Assembly (NCBI RefSeq): GCF_035084215.1
Contig: NW_027138483.1
Span: 310,001-374,000 of the forward strand
Source of the DNA: Heptranchias perlo
Lineage: Eukaryota
Direction: 5' to 3'
DNA length: 64,000 nucleotides
Positions 38,225 through 52,394 of this stretch are shown one piece after another. The translations under genes were made by a program, and so were the position numbers. Under the pieces are notes generated by a model. It did not search any database, was not told where the DNA came from, and was given only the letters and a program-made list of their open reading frames with translations. The stretch's first letter is position 1, and each line of letters starts with the position of its first letter.

Positions 38225-38493
38225 CACTTTTCGCCAGAATATGTTACAAATAGTAATGGTTTTGAGGATCTTGAGTTCATGGGGTGACGGGGGTTGGCGA
38301 GGACATCTTTGTCTCAATCGAGCAAGCAAGTAATAAAGGCATTTATGTGTTTTTTTAGCAGCGGACGCTTGAGGTACCAGGTGTTGAAACTTGTATCATA
38401 ATCAGCAGCAGTAATGTCATTACGAATATAGTGGGAATACGGAATAATCAGCAGCAATGTGAGAAAGCAATAATAACAGTAATGTTTGAAGAA

Positions 38494-39499
38494 CGTCACC
38501 ACCAGTGAAGTTAATATAGGGTCACCACCAGTGAAGTTACTATAGGGTCACCACCAGTGAAGTTAGTATAGGGTCACCACCAGTGAAGTTAGTATACGGT
38601 CACCACCAGTGAAGAGAGTATCGGGACACCACCAGTGAAGAGAGTATCGGGTCACCACCAGTAAATTTAGTGCAGGGTCATCACAAGTGAATTGAGTATA
38701 GGGTCACCACCAGTGAATTTGGGATAGTGCCCCTAACAGTGAAGATAGTATAGGGCCCCTAACAGTGAATTTAGTACAGAGTCACCACCAGTGAAGTTGG
38801 GCTGGGGTGACCACCAGTGAATTTAATATTGGATCTCCACCAGTGACTTTAGTATAGTTTCACCACCAATGTATTGAGTATAACGTCACCACCAGTGAAT
38901 TTAGTGTGGTGAGAATATCAGTGAAGTTAATGTCGGGTTACCATATGGAAGTTAGTATCGGATCACCACCAGGGAAGTTCGTTGGAGTCAACACCAGTGA
39001 AGTTAGAATAGGGTCACCACCAGTGAAGTTAGTGTAAGGTCACCAGTGAAGATAGTATAGGGTCACCACTAGTGAAGTTAGTGTAAGGTCACCAGTGAAG
39101 ATAGTATAGGGTCACCACTAGTGAAGTTAGTATAGCGCCCCTAACAGTGAAGTTAGTATATGACCCCAACAGTGAATTTTGTATGGAGTCACCACCAGTG
39201 AAGTTGCTATTGGGTCATCACCAATGAAGTTAGTATAGGGCCACCAACAGTGAAGTTAGTATATGACCCCAACAGTAAATTTAGTATAGTCACCACCAGT
39301 GAAGTTGATGTAGGGTCACCACCAATGAAGTTAGTATCGGGCCCCTAACAGCGAATTTAGTATAGGGTCACCACCAATGAAGTTAGTATAGGGCCCCTAA
39401 CAGCGAACTTAGTATAGGGTCATCACCAATGAAGTTAGTATCGGGCCACTAACTGTGAAGTTAGTATCGCGTCACCACCAGCGAAGTTACTATAGGGGG
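38494..39499. repeat. 26-bp minisatellite (mirror copy)
   Basis: Unit ggtcaccaccagtgaagttagtatag. Confidence 0.95.
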
Positions 39500-39508
39500 C
39501 ATTTGTTA

Positions 39509-42500
39509 CTTATTTTGCGGAGGGTTTAAACTAGTATAGCAGGGGGATGGGAACCAAAGCCAGGTAATAATAGGACAAATTCAGACCAGTAGAAAAGCAG
39601 TTAGTGACGTCGTCAGCGACTCAGAAAGGCCGAGGAAGCAAAGTTTAAATTGTGTTCAGCACAGGAATTCGACGGGGTTAAAGGGTATATACTTCGATGC
39701 AATGAGTATTACAAACAAAGCAGACGAGCTAAGGGCACAGATCGACACGTGGCAGCATGATATCATTGCTATAACCTGGTTTAAAGAGGGGGATAATTGG
39801 CAGCTCAATATCTGTGGATATCGAGTTTTCAGGCAGGATAGAGTGGGTATTAAAAAGGAGGGGTGGCAGCATTATTGGTTAAATATTCAATTACAGTTGT
39901 GAGAAGGGTTGATATGCGAAATGGATCATCAATCAAGGTCGTATGGGTTGAACTAAGAAATAAGAAAGGTTACAGTCACAACACTAGGAGTGTGCTATCA
40001 ACCCCCGAATAGCGAAAGGGAGATAGAAAAACAAAGATATAGGCAAATTACTGAGTTCAAAAATAAGAGGGCAATAATAGTAGGGGACTTCAACTACCCT
40101 AACATCAATTTGGATTCAAACAGTGTGAGGGGCACAGAGGGCCTAAAATTCTTTATATGTGTCCAGGAGAACTTTTTTTAGCCACTACGTGACAAGCCCA
40201 ACAAGAGGGGATGCAATTCTAGATTGAATCCTGTGAAATGAAGATAGGCAAGTGGGTGAAGTGATACTGGGTGACCATATTGGGGATAGTGATGAAAATT
40301 CAGTTAGTTTTAGCATTATTATGGAAAAGGACAGAGTTAAATTAGAAGCAAACGTTTTAAATTGGGGGGAAGGCAAATTTTGCAGAACTAAGAGGTGATT
40401 TGGCAGAAGTGGACTGGACACAACTACTTGAGGAGAACTCAGTGGCAAGCCGGTGGTTGGCACGAAAAAGTGAAATTCTATGGGTACAATGCAGACACGT
40501 CCCCTCAAAGGAAAAGGTATGGCACTGCCAAATTTAGAGCCGTGTAGTTGTCTGGAAGCATACGGGGCAAGATAAAGCAGAAAAAGAAAGCTTATGACAG
40601 CTTCATACTGCGGAAAGCCGAGAGGAGCATAGAAAATACAGGGATGACGTAAAAAGGGAAATAAGGAATGCAAAGAGAGGGCATGAACAAATATTAGCTA
40701 GTAAGATTAAAGAAAATCCAAAGATGTTGTATTAGTATATTAAGAACAAGAGGATAGCTAAGGAAAAGGTGGAACTTATCAGGGATGATAAGGGTAACGT
40801 ATGTGCAGACGCAGAAGATGTGAGCAGGGTTTTAAATGAATATGTTGTCTCCGTATTCACAAAAGAAAGGGATGATCCGGACGTAGAAGTTAAAGAGGAG
40901 CGGTATGAAACATTGGATAAGGTAAACATAACGAGAGAGAAAGCACTAGAAGGACTGGAATCCTTGCAAGTTGATAAGTCACTAGGTCCGGGTGCATTGT
41001 TTCCTAGGCTATTGAAGGAAACCAGGCAGGAAATAAAAGATGCTCTGAGCATCATTTTCCAATCCTCACTATATACAGGGGAGGTACCGGAGGACTGGAA
41101 GACTGCAAACGTAGTACCATTGTTTAAAAAGGGTACAAGGGAAAGGCCAACAATTATAGGCCGGTCAGTCTTACCTCGGTGGTGGTCAAACGATTAGAAT
41201 CAATACTGAGAGATAGGTTAAACTGTCACTTGGAAAGGCATGGTTTAATCAGGGATAGTCAGCAAGGATTTGTTCAGGGAAGGTCATGCCTTACAAACCT
41301 GATTGAATTATTTGAGGAAGTGACAAGGAGGATTGATGACGGTAGTATAGTGGATATTGTCTACATTGATTTTAGTAAGGCATTTCACAAGGTTCCACAT
41401 GGCAGACTGGTCAGAAAGGTAAAAGCCCATGGGATACAGGGAAACGTGTCAAATTGGTTGCAAAATTAGCTCAGTAACAGGAAACAAAGGGTAAAAGTCG
41501 ATGGATGTCTTTGCGAATGTGAATCCGTTTCCAGTGGTGTGCCACGGGGCTCAGTTTTGTGTTCCTTGCTGTTTGTGGTACATATTAAGTAATTGGGTTT
41601 GAATATAGAGGACACGGTTGGAATATTGGCAGAAGACACAAAAATTGGCGTTGCAGTTGATAGTGAAGAGGATAGCTGTCGAATCCAAGAAGATATTAAT
41701 GGGTTGGTGGAGTGGGTGGAAAAGTGGCAAATGGAGTTCAACCCGGAGAAGTGTGAGGTAATGCACTTAGGGAGGGCAAACAGTAAAAGGGAATACGCAG
41801 TAAACAGGAATATATTGAGACGGTTAGAGGAAGTGAGAGGCCTTGGAGTGCATGTGCAGTATGTCCTAGAGGCAACAAGGGGGCAAGCCATGCTAGATTT
41901 AGTAATGAGTAATGAACCAAATTTAGTTAACGGCTTAACTGTACGCGAACATCTATCCAATAGCGATCATAACATGATCGAGTTCAAGGTAGTGTTTGAA
42001 AGGGAAAAAAGTGAATCAGCTGCTCAGATTCTAGACTTGGGTAAGGCCGATTTCAATGGGATGAGAGAGAGACTGTCCACAGTAAACTGGGCAAATCTGT
42101 TAATGGGTAAAACGACCAATGATCAGTGCGAAATGTTTAAAGACACATTTAACGTGATACAGAATCGGTTTATACCCCTGAGGGGCAAGAACTCTACTTG
42201 CCAAAATAAAACAGCCATGGGCAACTAAAGAGGTGAGGGACAGTATAAGACATAAGGAAAGGGCATATAAATGGCAAAAAATAGCACAGATCCTGGCGAT
42301 TGGGAAAGATACAAAGATCAACAAAGGGCCACAAAACAGATGGTAAGAGCTACAAAAAGAGAGTATGAAAAGAAACTTGCAAGTGATATCAAACCAAAAC
42401 AAAGAATCTTTATAGTTACATTATGAAAAATAAGGTGATCAGGAGCAGTGTTGGCCCCTTAAAAATTGAAAGTGGGGATATTGTCATTGACAATGGGGAA

Positions 42501-44079
42501 ATGGCAGACATGATGAATAATTACTTTGCATCAGTATTTAGAGTAGAAAAAGAGGATAGCATGCCGGAAATCCCAACAAAACTTATATTGAATCGGGGAG
42601 ACGGACTCGATAAAATTAACATAAGTAAAGCAACAGAAATGAAGAAAATAATATCACTAAAGAGTGACAAATCCCCAGGACCAGATGATTTCCATCCCAG
42701 GGTTTTAAAGGGAATAGGTGAGCAGATTGAAGATGTCCTAACTATAATCTTTCAAAGTTCTCCAGATTCAGGAAATGTCCCTCTAGATTGGAAAATTGCA
42801 TATGTCACTCCGGTTTTTAAGAAAGGAGAGAGAGGGAAAACAGGAAATTATAGACCAGTTAGCCTAACATCTGTTGTGGGGAAAATGCCGGAGTTGAAAA
42901 TTAAGGATAGGGCGACTGAACACCTCGAGAATTTTCAGTTAATCAGAGGGAGCCAGCATGGATTTGTGAAATGTATATCGTGCCTGACAAACCTGATTGA
43001 ATTTTTTGAAGAGGTGACTAAAGTAGTGGACAGGGGAATGTCAATGGATGTAATTTGTATGCACTTCCAGAAGGCATTTGATACGGTCCCACGTAAGAGA
43101 CTGTTAGCTACGATTCAAGCCCATGAAATCGAAGGGAAAGTACAGACTTGGTTCTTAATTGGCCGCACACCTCCTCTTACTACCCGTTTGATGTTTACAT
43201 GCCGATAGAAGTCTTTTGGATTCACTTTTATGTTAGCCGCCAGTCTATTGTCATAATCTCTCTTTGCCCCTCTTATTTCCATTTTCACTTCTCCTCTGAA
43301 CTTTATATATTCAGCCTGGTTCTCACTTGTATTATCAACCTGACATCTGTCATACGCCCACTTTTTTCAGCTTCATCTTACTCTCGATCTCATTCATCCT
43401 CCAGGGAGCTCCGGATTTAGTTGCCCTACCTTTCTCCCCTCGTGGGAATGTACTTAGACTACCTGAATCATCTCCTCTTTAAGGGCCGCCCATTGTTCGA
43501 TTACATATTTGCCTGCCAATCTTTGATTCCAATTTACCCGGGCCAGGTTCCTTCTCAAGCCACTGAATTTTGCCCTCCTCCAATTAAGTATTTTTTTCCA
43601 GATTGGTCCTTTTCCTTTTCCATAACTAATCTAAACCTTATGATACTATGATCACTGTTCCCTAAATGTTCCCTCACTGACACTTGCTCCACTTGACCCA
43701 TCTCATTCCCCAGAACCAGATCCAGCAATGCCTCCTTCCTCGTTGGGCCGGAAAGGGTGGGTAACCAGACGACACATGAGAAATTTACGCAGAGAATTGT
43801 AATGATCTGGAATGCACTGGATGAAAGGGTGGTGAAAACAGCTTCAATGGTAACTTTCAAAAGGGAATTGGATAAATACTTGCTGGGAACATTGTGCAGT
43901 GGTATGGGGAAAGAGCCGGGGAATGAGACTTATTGGATAGCTCTTTCAAAGAACCGGCAGGATGGGCCGAACGGCATCCACCTGTGCTGTACAATACGAT
44001 GATTCTACGATACTATGATTTTAATGTGAGGAAGATATGGTGGGCAGTCTTCCCCCACAATATTAAAATGGTTAAAAAT
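39509..44079 (+). mobile_element. Nested CR1 fragment cluster (mirror copy)
   Basis: Reverse complement of 17060-21630. Confidence 0.88.
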
Positions 44080-45407
44080 GGAGGGGGAAATGTTTGTATT
44101 TATCACCTGGTCTTTAAACCTCGCCTGGACGGAGCGCAGTCTGGAAAATTTTACGTTATATTAAAGGGAAGAAAATCAGTGCCCAGCGCTGACGCCCAGC
44201 AGACTAATAAAAGCTACAACAATTAAATAGTAAATATCAATATTAGCGATTTATTTGTTATCTTTGAACTGTAAAATTAAAATCTAACTGCTGAACAAAC
44301 AAACTTCAAGGAGTGAAAGATGCACGAGCTCCTGAATAGAATTGGTGACGCGTCACAGAATCCCTGAAATTTGCACCAATTAGGATAAATCGGGAAACAG
44401 TTTCATCCGAGACACAGAAACAGGCGGGCGGACGAATTGCCAGTTAATTGGCACAAGTCTTCATCTGATACCTTTGCACCGGGCAACGCTCTCAAACCCC
44501 GGTCTGCAGTGTGACCGGTCGGAACTCCGAATGCACAGCCTCGCACTGGGATGCCCAAACAACACCATTTGATCCAAGGGCAGGGGATATTACATGTGCA
44601 TCTGTGCATCAACACACAGAGCGGATTATTCCATTCCAATATATGAGAGCATTCATTGCAGAACGATGCAACAAATTACCTGATTATGAAGGTTATTTTA
44701 CATTCTTGGTTCTTACATTATTTTACCAGTTTTACCGGATCGCTGATTCAGATTAGTAACAGTCAGATACATTTAGTGACAACAGGTAAAGACTTTATTT
44801 TTAATGTTGCTGGACAGCCTTCAAATATTTCTCATTAATCGAGATTTCAGAAAAAGCAGATCGAACAAGGCAACAACTGTTAACATTCAAAAATGGTGAA
44901 ACCTCGCAGCACTGCGAACGAGACAGCGGCTCCGCTCCTTATTCACTGGAGAAGGATGAAGCGGTCGGTGCAGCTGACGTCAGTCCAAGCACCGTGTTCA
45001 TCAAACCTCCGAGAAAAAGTAAATTCACCAGGAATTCGAAACGATCGAATCTTTACCGAAAACTGATGTATCTTCCTGTCAATTACACGGTAGAATTGAA
45101 TTACATTCCTCGCACAGTGATATTAAACTCGTTGATCAAATATTCTATTCCACTAATAAAGTTCACTACATCACTGACACTTTTCATACTTAAGGGGGAC
45201 TGTCCTTATTTGTCAGGAGTCAGTCGGCCAATGAACTGTCGAAACCCGCGGTCAAAGTTGGCGCTAGATTCTATAAAGTGCAGGAAATATAATCGCGTAC
45301 CTGTGAGTTTTTACAAGAACCGTCATTAAATAATCTGTTAGGAGAGGGAACCCCAGTCTAAGATAGAATTGGTGCTAAAACTGAATTCTAATGTTCCAAA
45401 GGGAGGT

Positions 45408-46719
45408 CTAGTTCGGAGTTCGTGTTCCAACCAATCTTAGAATCAGTGTCCAGGGAGATTTCAGCAGCTTCTTCAGCTCTTCTCTCAATTTCCTCTGGGT
45501 AGCTGCATAAATACAGGTGTTTGGACAGGAACTCAAATGCTTCAGCATAGCTCCGGCTTCGGTGGCGATATATCCTGGGTTTGTGTGGTCACCTCGGTAA
45601 TAATTGGGGTTTGACAGTCCGGTGCTTACAAAAGTCACTAGAGCTGTCAGCCACAACAGTATAAAACTGCCCGACACAGTGAAGAGTAAAATGATGGATT
45701 TCATTCGGTTCTCCATCTCTGGATCACACTGATTCTCACTGCTGTGTCCCCGCAGACCCCTGCGCTTTCTATTAGCCACTAAAATCCGTCTGATGGTCAA
45801 ATAATTAAACAAGGCAATCAATGAAAAAGGAAGACAAATGAGCGAGATGACGTGAAACCAGACGTACGTTGCACCTTGAGGGGAGGAGAAAATTGCCACT
45901 CTTGGCCGGCAGCCCCACTGCACTTTGTTAATTATGTGGTGAGGCTCAAATGCAAAAAAAAAGGGGATGTCCTTTAAAAAGATCAGAAACGAGACCGTTG
46001 TTATAACCGCGGCCGCAGTTCTCTTGTTGCAATACTTGTTTTTAAACTTCTGGCAGCAGAGAGCAACAAAACGGTCAAATGTGAAGGAGACGGTGAACCA
46101 AACAGACAAATCGAGGGCGATAACAGTCATGTATAGAATGAACCTACACACGGGAGTGTTGGAGAGGAATGAAAGTGGGAAGTGATAACTGAAAATATAA
46201 TAAACTATAATATTGATGATCATGACCAGTAGATCTCCTGTTGCCATGGCCACCATGTAGACAGAGATAAACTTGGAAAGGCCGCAGTTTTCTCGGGAGA
46301 GAATCACAATTGTCATCAAGTTCGCTGTAAGAAAGAGAGAAGAGAGAAATAATATTCCACTGTTTGAAATATATGTGGAGATACCTGTTGAAAGCATTTT
46401 GCTCCATTCGGTGTGATTATCAACACGGACCAGTGTGAGAGCAGGATTAATATTCGAGTCACTACCTTTGGAAACCGACCCACACATTATAATGAGCTGC
46501 TGCAGCGCTCACTCTGCACGGGGAGACAAGACGGTCACGAAATCCACTGAAACGCTGACGTTTGGGAAAAACGTTACCTTATCGATCATGCAATAAGAAC
46601 AGTGATACAGTTAACACAGATTGACAAGAAACAGGTTACAACGGCTCACCTGGGACACGGACGGCTGCGAGAATCGGGTAGTAAATCTGTTTTATCAGCA
46701 GAATAGTTGGTTGCCCCAT
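45408..46719 (-). CDS. GPR139/GPR142-like GPCR, copy A'. Exon 1 46719-46650, exon 2 46324-45408, 328 aa
   Basis: Mirror of A with C42F, N69S and E124K; splice sites intact. Confidence 0.92.
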
Positions 46720-46801
46720 TTTCTGTGAGAATAGATAAATCTCCAGGACCTGACACGACTCTGACCAGTGTACAGCTGAGGCAATGGAAGGGATTCCTAC
46801 A

Positions 46802-46836
46802 TTTATACACACATCAATCGTCCAGGGAGTCAATCA
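46802..46836 (-). promoter_or_regulatory. Putative core promoter of A'
   Basis: tttata at 46802-46807; mirror of the A promoter. Confidence 0.55.
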
Positions 46837-47178
46837 TGTTGCACCATAACTAGCATTAGTTACAGTCATTTAACAAATAGACTCAGAGAAGTTGATTTTT
46901 TGGTCTGAGGCATTGAATTCAGAGAAATAGTTGAAACGGTTATTGGACATTTTAAGAAATTACACAATTAAAACATTCTTTACAAATGGAAAGTGGAATC
47001 TCCCAGTAACGGTCCTGACCCGATAACTACATGACTGGTGGAGGCAGCTACCCTTGAAGTAATCACGCTGACGCTGCATTTGACTCACACCGAGTGCCCC
47101 AACTCTCTCAGTGCAGTTGCGGAAACTAATCCTGCAATGTTGGAGATGACCGCAGTCTTGCAGCATTAGACCTGAGCG

Positions 47179-48302
47179 CGCGTCTTTGGTACTAGTGGCA
47201 CCTTACACTTACATGAGAGATAACTGTGCTCTGCTGGTACTAGTGATACCCAATACTTATATTAGATGTGAATGTGCTCCTCCGATACTAGTGATACCCT
47301 GTACCTACATTAGATGTGACCGTGCTCTCCGATACTAGTGGTGCCCTATACTTACATTAGTTGTGACATTGCTCCTTTGGTGATACCCTACACTAATGCC
47401 AGAATTTGCCGTACTCCTCTGGCTCTCGTGGTGCCCCAACACTTTCACTAAAGATAAATGTGCTCCTCCGGTACTCGTGGTACCCTACACGTACACTAGA
47501 AATTACTGTGCTTTACATTACTTGTGGTATACTACACTTACACTAGAGATATCCTGGCTTCACAGTACTTGTGGCCTACTACACTTGAACTAGAGATAAC
47601 TGTGCTTTACATTATTTGTGGTACACTCCACTTACACTTTAGATAACTGTGCTTTACATCACTTGTAGTATACTACATTTGCATTGGAGATAACTGTGCT
47701 TTACATTTCTTCTGGTGTACTGCTATTACACTGGAGATAACTGTGCTTTACATTACTTGTGGTATTCTACACTTACCCTGGAGATAAATGTGCTTTACAT
47801 TACTTGTGGTACACTACACTTACACTGTAGATAACTTTGCTTTTCATCACTTGAGGTACACTACACTTACACTAGTAATAACTGTGCTTTACAGTACTTG
47901 TGGTATACTACACTTAAACTAGGGATAAATGTGCTTTACTTTACTTGAGCTATACTACACTTACACTGGAGATAACTGCTTTACATTACTTGTGGTATAC
48001 TACACTTACACTGGAGATAATTGTGCTTTCCGGTGCTTGTGGTGTACTACACTTAAACTAGAGATAAATGTGCTTTACATTACTTGTGGTATACTACAAT
48101 TATACTAGAGATAACTGTGCTTTACATTACTTGTGGTATACTAAACTTACACTGGAGATAACTGTGCTTTACGTTACTTGTGGTACACTACACTGACACT
48201 AGAGAAAACTGTGCTTCCCCAGTACTTGTGGCATGCTGCACTTACAGTAGAGATAATCGTGCTCCTCCGGTACTAGTAGCACTCTACACTTACACTAGAG
48301 GT
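47179..48302. repeat. 47/48-bp satellite (mirror copy)
   Basis: Reverse complement of 12837-13960. Confidence 0.92.
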
Positions 48303-50727
48303 ATCACAGTATGATATTATCATGGTAGGTACTGTAAAGGATGATTTCATTCTGTCCATCGTACGTATGCCATCTCTCCGAAAGGGCTACCCAATTGGTC
48401 CCATTTCACTGCTCTTTCACCAGAGCAATGTAATTTTCCACTTCAAGTATTTTTCCAATTCCCTTTTGAATGTTACTATTGAACTTGCTTCCACCACCCT
48501 TTCAGGCAGTGAATCCCAGATCATAACAACTCACTGGGTAAGAAAATGATTCCTCATGCTGCTTCTGCCTCTTTTGCCGATCACCTTCTGGCTACCGACC
48601 CTTCTACCACTGGAAAGATTTGCTCCTTCTTTAATCTATCAAAACCGTTCATGATTTTGAACACCGCTATCAAATCTCCCCTTCATTTTCTCTGCTCCAC
48701 GGAGAATAACCCCAGCTTCTCCAATCTCTCCACATAACTGAAGTCCCTCATCCCTGGTACAATTCTAGTAAATCTCTTCTGTACCCTCTCGAAGGCCGAG
48801 ATATCCTTCCTAAATTGTGGTGCCCAGAATTGGACACAATACTCCAGCTGAGGCTTAACGAACGTTTTATTAATGTTTACCATAACTTCCTTGCTTTTTT
48901 ACGCTATGTCTCTATTAATAAAGCCGAGCGTCCCATTTACTTTTTAAACTGCCTTCTCAACTTGTCCTGCCATCATGAAGCTTGATATATGTGCAACCCC
49001 AGGTCTCTCTGTTCCTGCACCCTCAATCAAATAGTGCCATTTAGTATATATTCCCTCTCCTCCTTCTTCCTACCAAAATGTATCACTCCACACTTCTCTG
49101 CTTCAAATACCATCTGCCATGTTTCTGTGCAGTTCACCAGTCTGTCTATTTCCTTCTGAAGTCTGTTCCTATCCTCCACATTGTTTCCTACATTTCCGAG
49201 TTTTGTGTCATCTGCAAACTTAGAAATTATGTACTCTATACTCAAGACTAGGCCATTAATATATATCAAAATGAGCAGTGATCCTAATACCGACCCCTGG
49301 GGAACACCACTGTTCACGTCCCTCCAGTCTGAAAGTAACCATTCACCACTATTCTCTGCTTTCTGTCCCCTTGCCAATGTTGCATCCGTGCTGCCACTGT
49401 TCCTGTAATCCCACGGGCTTCAATTTTGCTAACAATTCGATAATGTTATATTTTCCAGGTGCTTTTTAAAAGTCCAGCACACAACATCAAACGCACAACC
49501 CTCATCAACTATCTCCGTTATTTCATGAAAGAACTCATTCAATTTAATCAAACGCGATTTAGCTATTGTAAATCCGTGATGACTTTCATTTATTAGCCCA
49601 ACATTTTCCAAGCTCTAATTCATTTTGTCCCGGGTTATTGACGCTAAAACATTCCCCACCACCAACGTTAGGCTGACTTGCCTGTAAATGACGGGATTAG
49701 CCCTCTCCCCTTTGTAAACGGGGGTGTAACATTCACAATCGTCCGGTCCTCCGGCAGCATCCCCATATTTAAGGAGGATTGGATGATTTTGCCCAGACAC
49801 GTCGCAATTTCCACCCTCACTTCCCTTCAAAACCCAGGATGCATCCCATCTGGACCGGGTGACTTTTCTACTTTGAGTGCCAATCATTTAAGGATCTCCC
49901 CTTTGTCTATTTTTATCGCATCCAATATCGCTACTAACCCCCTCCCCCCGCGCCCCCCCAACATTTACTGCTACAATGGCAGCATCCTCTTCTCCATTGA
50001 AGACGGATGCGAATTGTCCATTTCGTTCCTCAACCATGCCCTCAGCCACTACAAGAATATCGCCTTTTTGTCCCTAATCGGCCACACCCTTCCTTTGACT
50101 AGCCTTCACCATTTATATGATTATAAAGCACTTTTGGTTGCCCTTTTATGTTAGCCGCTAATGTATTCTCATGCTCTCTCCTTGGCCCTCTTATTCCCTT
50201 GTTTTGATCTTCTTTGTGCTTTCTGTATTCAGCCAGGTTCTCAACTGCAATATTATCCTTACATTCGCCATACGCCTCATTTTTCTGTTTCTTTTCATCT
50301 GCATATCTTTAGGAATCCAGGGAGCTGTAGTTTTCGATGTCCTTCTTTCGACCCACCCCATCCACCACCACCCATCCCCCTCGCCACCACCACCACCACC
50401 GTGAAAATGTGTCTACTCTGTACCCGAACTAACTCTTACATGATTGCTGATTTACTGTTCTGCCAATTTTTGATTCCAATCCACCTGGGGATGAATCCTT
50501 TTTAACTCACTGAAATTAACCTCCTGCAGTTAAGTATATTTACGCCTGATTGTTTCTTGTCCTTTACCATAACTATTCTCAACCTAATTATATTATGATC
50601 ACTAATGCCTAAATACTCCCCCACTGAAACACACTCCACCGGCCCCGCTTCATTCCACAGAACTAGATCCAGCATCGTCTCCTTTCTGGTTGGGCTGAAA
50701 ACGCACTGTTCCAGATAGTTCCCGAGT
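48303..50727 (-). mobile_element. Truncated CR1 LINE (mirror copy)
   Basis: Reverse complement of 10412-12836. Confidence 0.9.
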
Positions 50728-50728
50728 T

Positions 50729-52295
50729 GACCATGCTGCATCGGTACCAGTGCTGCCCCTGGACTTAAACTAGAGGTGAGCATTTTCCTCCGGTATTAGT
50801 GGAAAGCTACAATTACACTAGGGATGACCTTGTTCCTCTGTTCTAGTGGTAACTCTGCACGTCCAATAGAGGTACCGTGCTCCTCCGGTACTGGCGGTAC
50901 CCCAAACTTACACTAGATGTGAGTGTGCGCCTCCTGTATTAGTGCAGCCTGCATTTATATTATAGGTGACCGTGCTCCTCCGGTACTGGTCGCACGCCAC
51001 ATTTACAGTAAATGTGAGTGTGATCCTCCTGTACTAGTGTAGCATGCATTTAGATTAAAGGTGACCATGCTCCTCCGATACTGGTGGTACCCCACATTTA
51101 CACTAGATGTGAGTGTGCTCCTCCGGTACGAGTGGGAGCCTGCACTTAAACTAGATGTGGCTGCGCTCCTCCTGTACTAGTGATAGCCTGCACTTACACT
51201 AGATGTGGCTGCGCTCCTCCGGTACTAGTGGGAGCCTGCACTTACACTAGATGTGACTGCGCTCCTCCTGTACTAGTGATAGCCTGCACTTACACTAGAT
51301 GTGGCTGCGCTCCTCCGGTACTAGTGGGAGCCTGCACTTACACTAGATGTGGCTGCGCTCCTCCTGTACTAGTGGTATCCTGCACTTACACCAGATGTGG
51401 CTGCGCTCCTCCTGTACTAGTGATAGCCTGCACCTACACTAGATGTGGCTGCGCTCCTCCGGTACTAGTGGGAGCCTGCACTTACACTAGATGTGGCTGC
51501 GCTCCTCCTGTACTAGTGATAGCCTGCACCTACACTAGATATGGCTGCGCTCCTCCTGTACTAGTGATAGCCTGCACTTACACTAGATGTGGCTGCGCTC
51601 CTCCTATACTAGTGGGAGCTTGCACTTACACTAGATGTGGCTGCGCTCCTCCTGGACTAGTGGTATCCTGCACTTACACTAGGTGTGGCTGCGCTCCTCC
51701 TATACTGGTGGTATCCTGCACTTACACTAGATGTGACTGTGCTCCTCCTGTACTAGTGGTAGCCTGCACTTACACGAGAGGTGACTGCGCTCCTCCGGTA
51801 CTCGTGGTGCAATGCTCTTGCATTGGAGGTGTCTGTTCTCGCCTGTTGTTAGTAGTACCCTACAGTAATACTAGAGCTGATCTTTCTCCGGCTCTAGTGA
51901 TACCCTAGACTTACAGGAGAGTTGTCCGTGCTCCTCCAGAACTAGTGATGCAGTAAAGTTACACAGAAGGTGAACGTTCTTCACCGGCAATAGTGATACC
52001 CTACATTATAGTAGAGGTGATAAATGCTCCACCGGTGCTAGTGCTATCCTACACTTACATTAGAGGTGACTGTGCTGCTCCGGGACTAGTGGTATCCTAC
52101 ACTTACGCTAGATGTGACCCTGCTCCTCCGGCACTCGTGTTACTTCTATATTCACACCAGGGCTGACTGTTCTCCTCTGGTACTAGCTGTACCGTACACT
52201 TACGCTGGAGATGACCGTGTTGTGCTACCCTACACTTGCACCAGAGGTCACAAAGCTCTAACTGCGAAAGTGCTGATCCTATTGCTACAATGCTC
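50729..52295. repeat. 48-bp minisatellite (mirror copy, 3 units shorter)
   Basis: 13 units versus 16 on the left arm over the span of ORF 51180-51908. Confidence 0.95.
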
Positions 52296-52394
52296 TTGGA
52301 TGCGCTACACTTACTGCACTGCCGATGTCTCAACCCCTCTGGTACAGGCGATGAGGCTACAGTTGGAGAACTGCTGATATACCGAGTACTGGGC

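Noticed and set aside
51180-51908. 242-aa Cys-rich repeat ORF resembling a keratin-associated protein
   Set aside because: It is the translation of a 48-bp satellite, starts at GTG rather than ATG, and the mirror copy has a stop near 9606.
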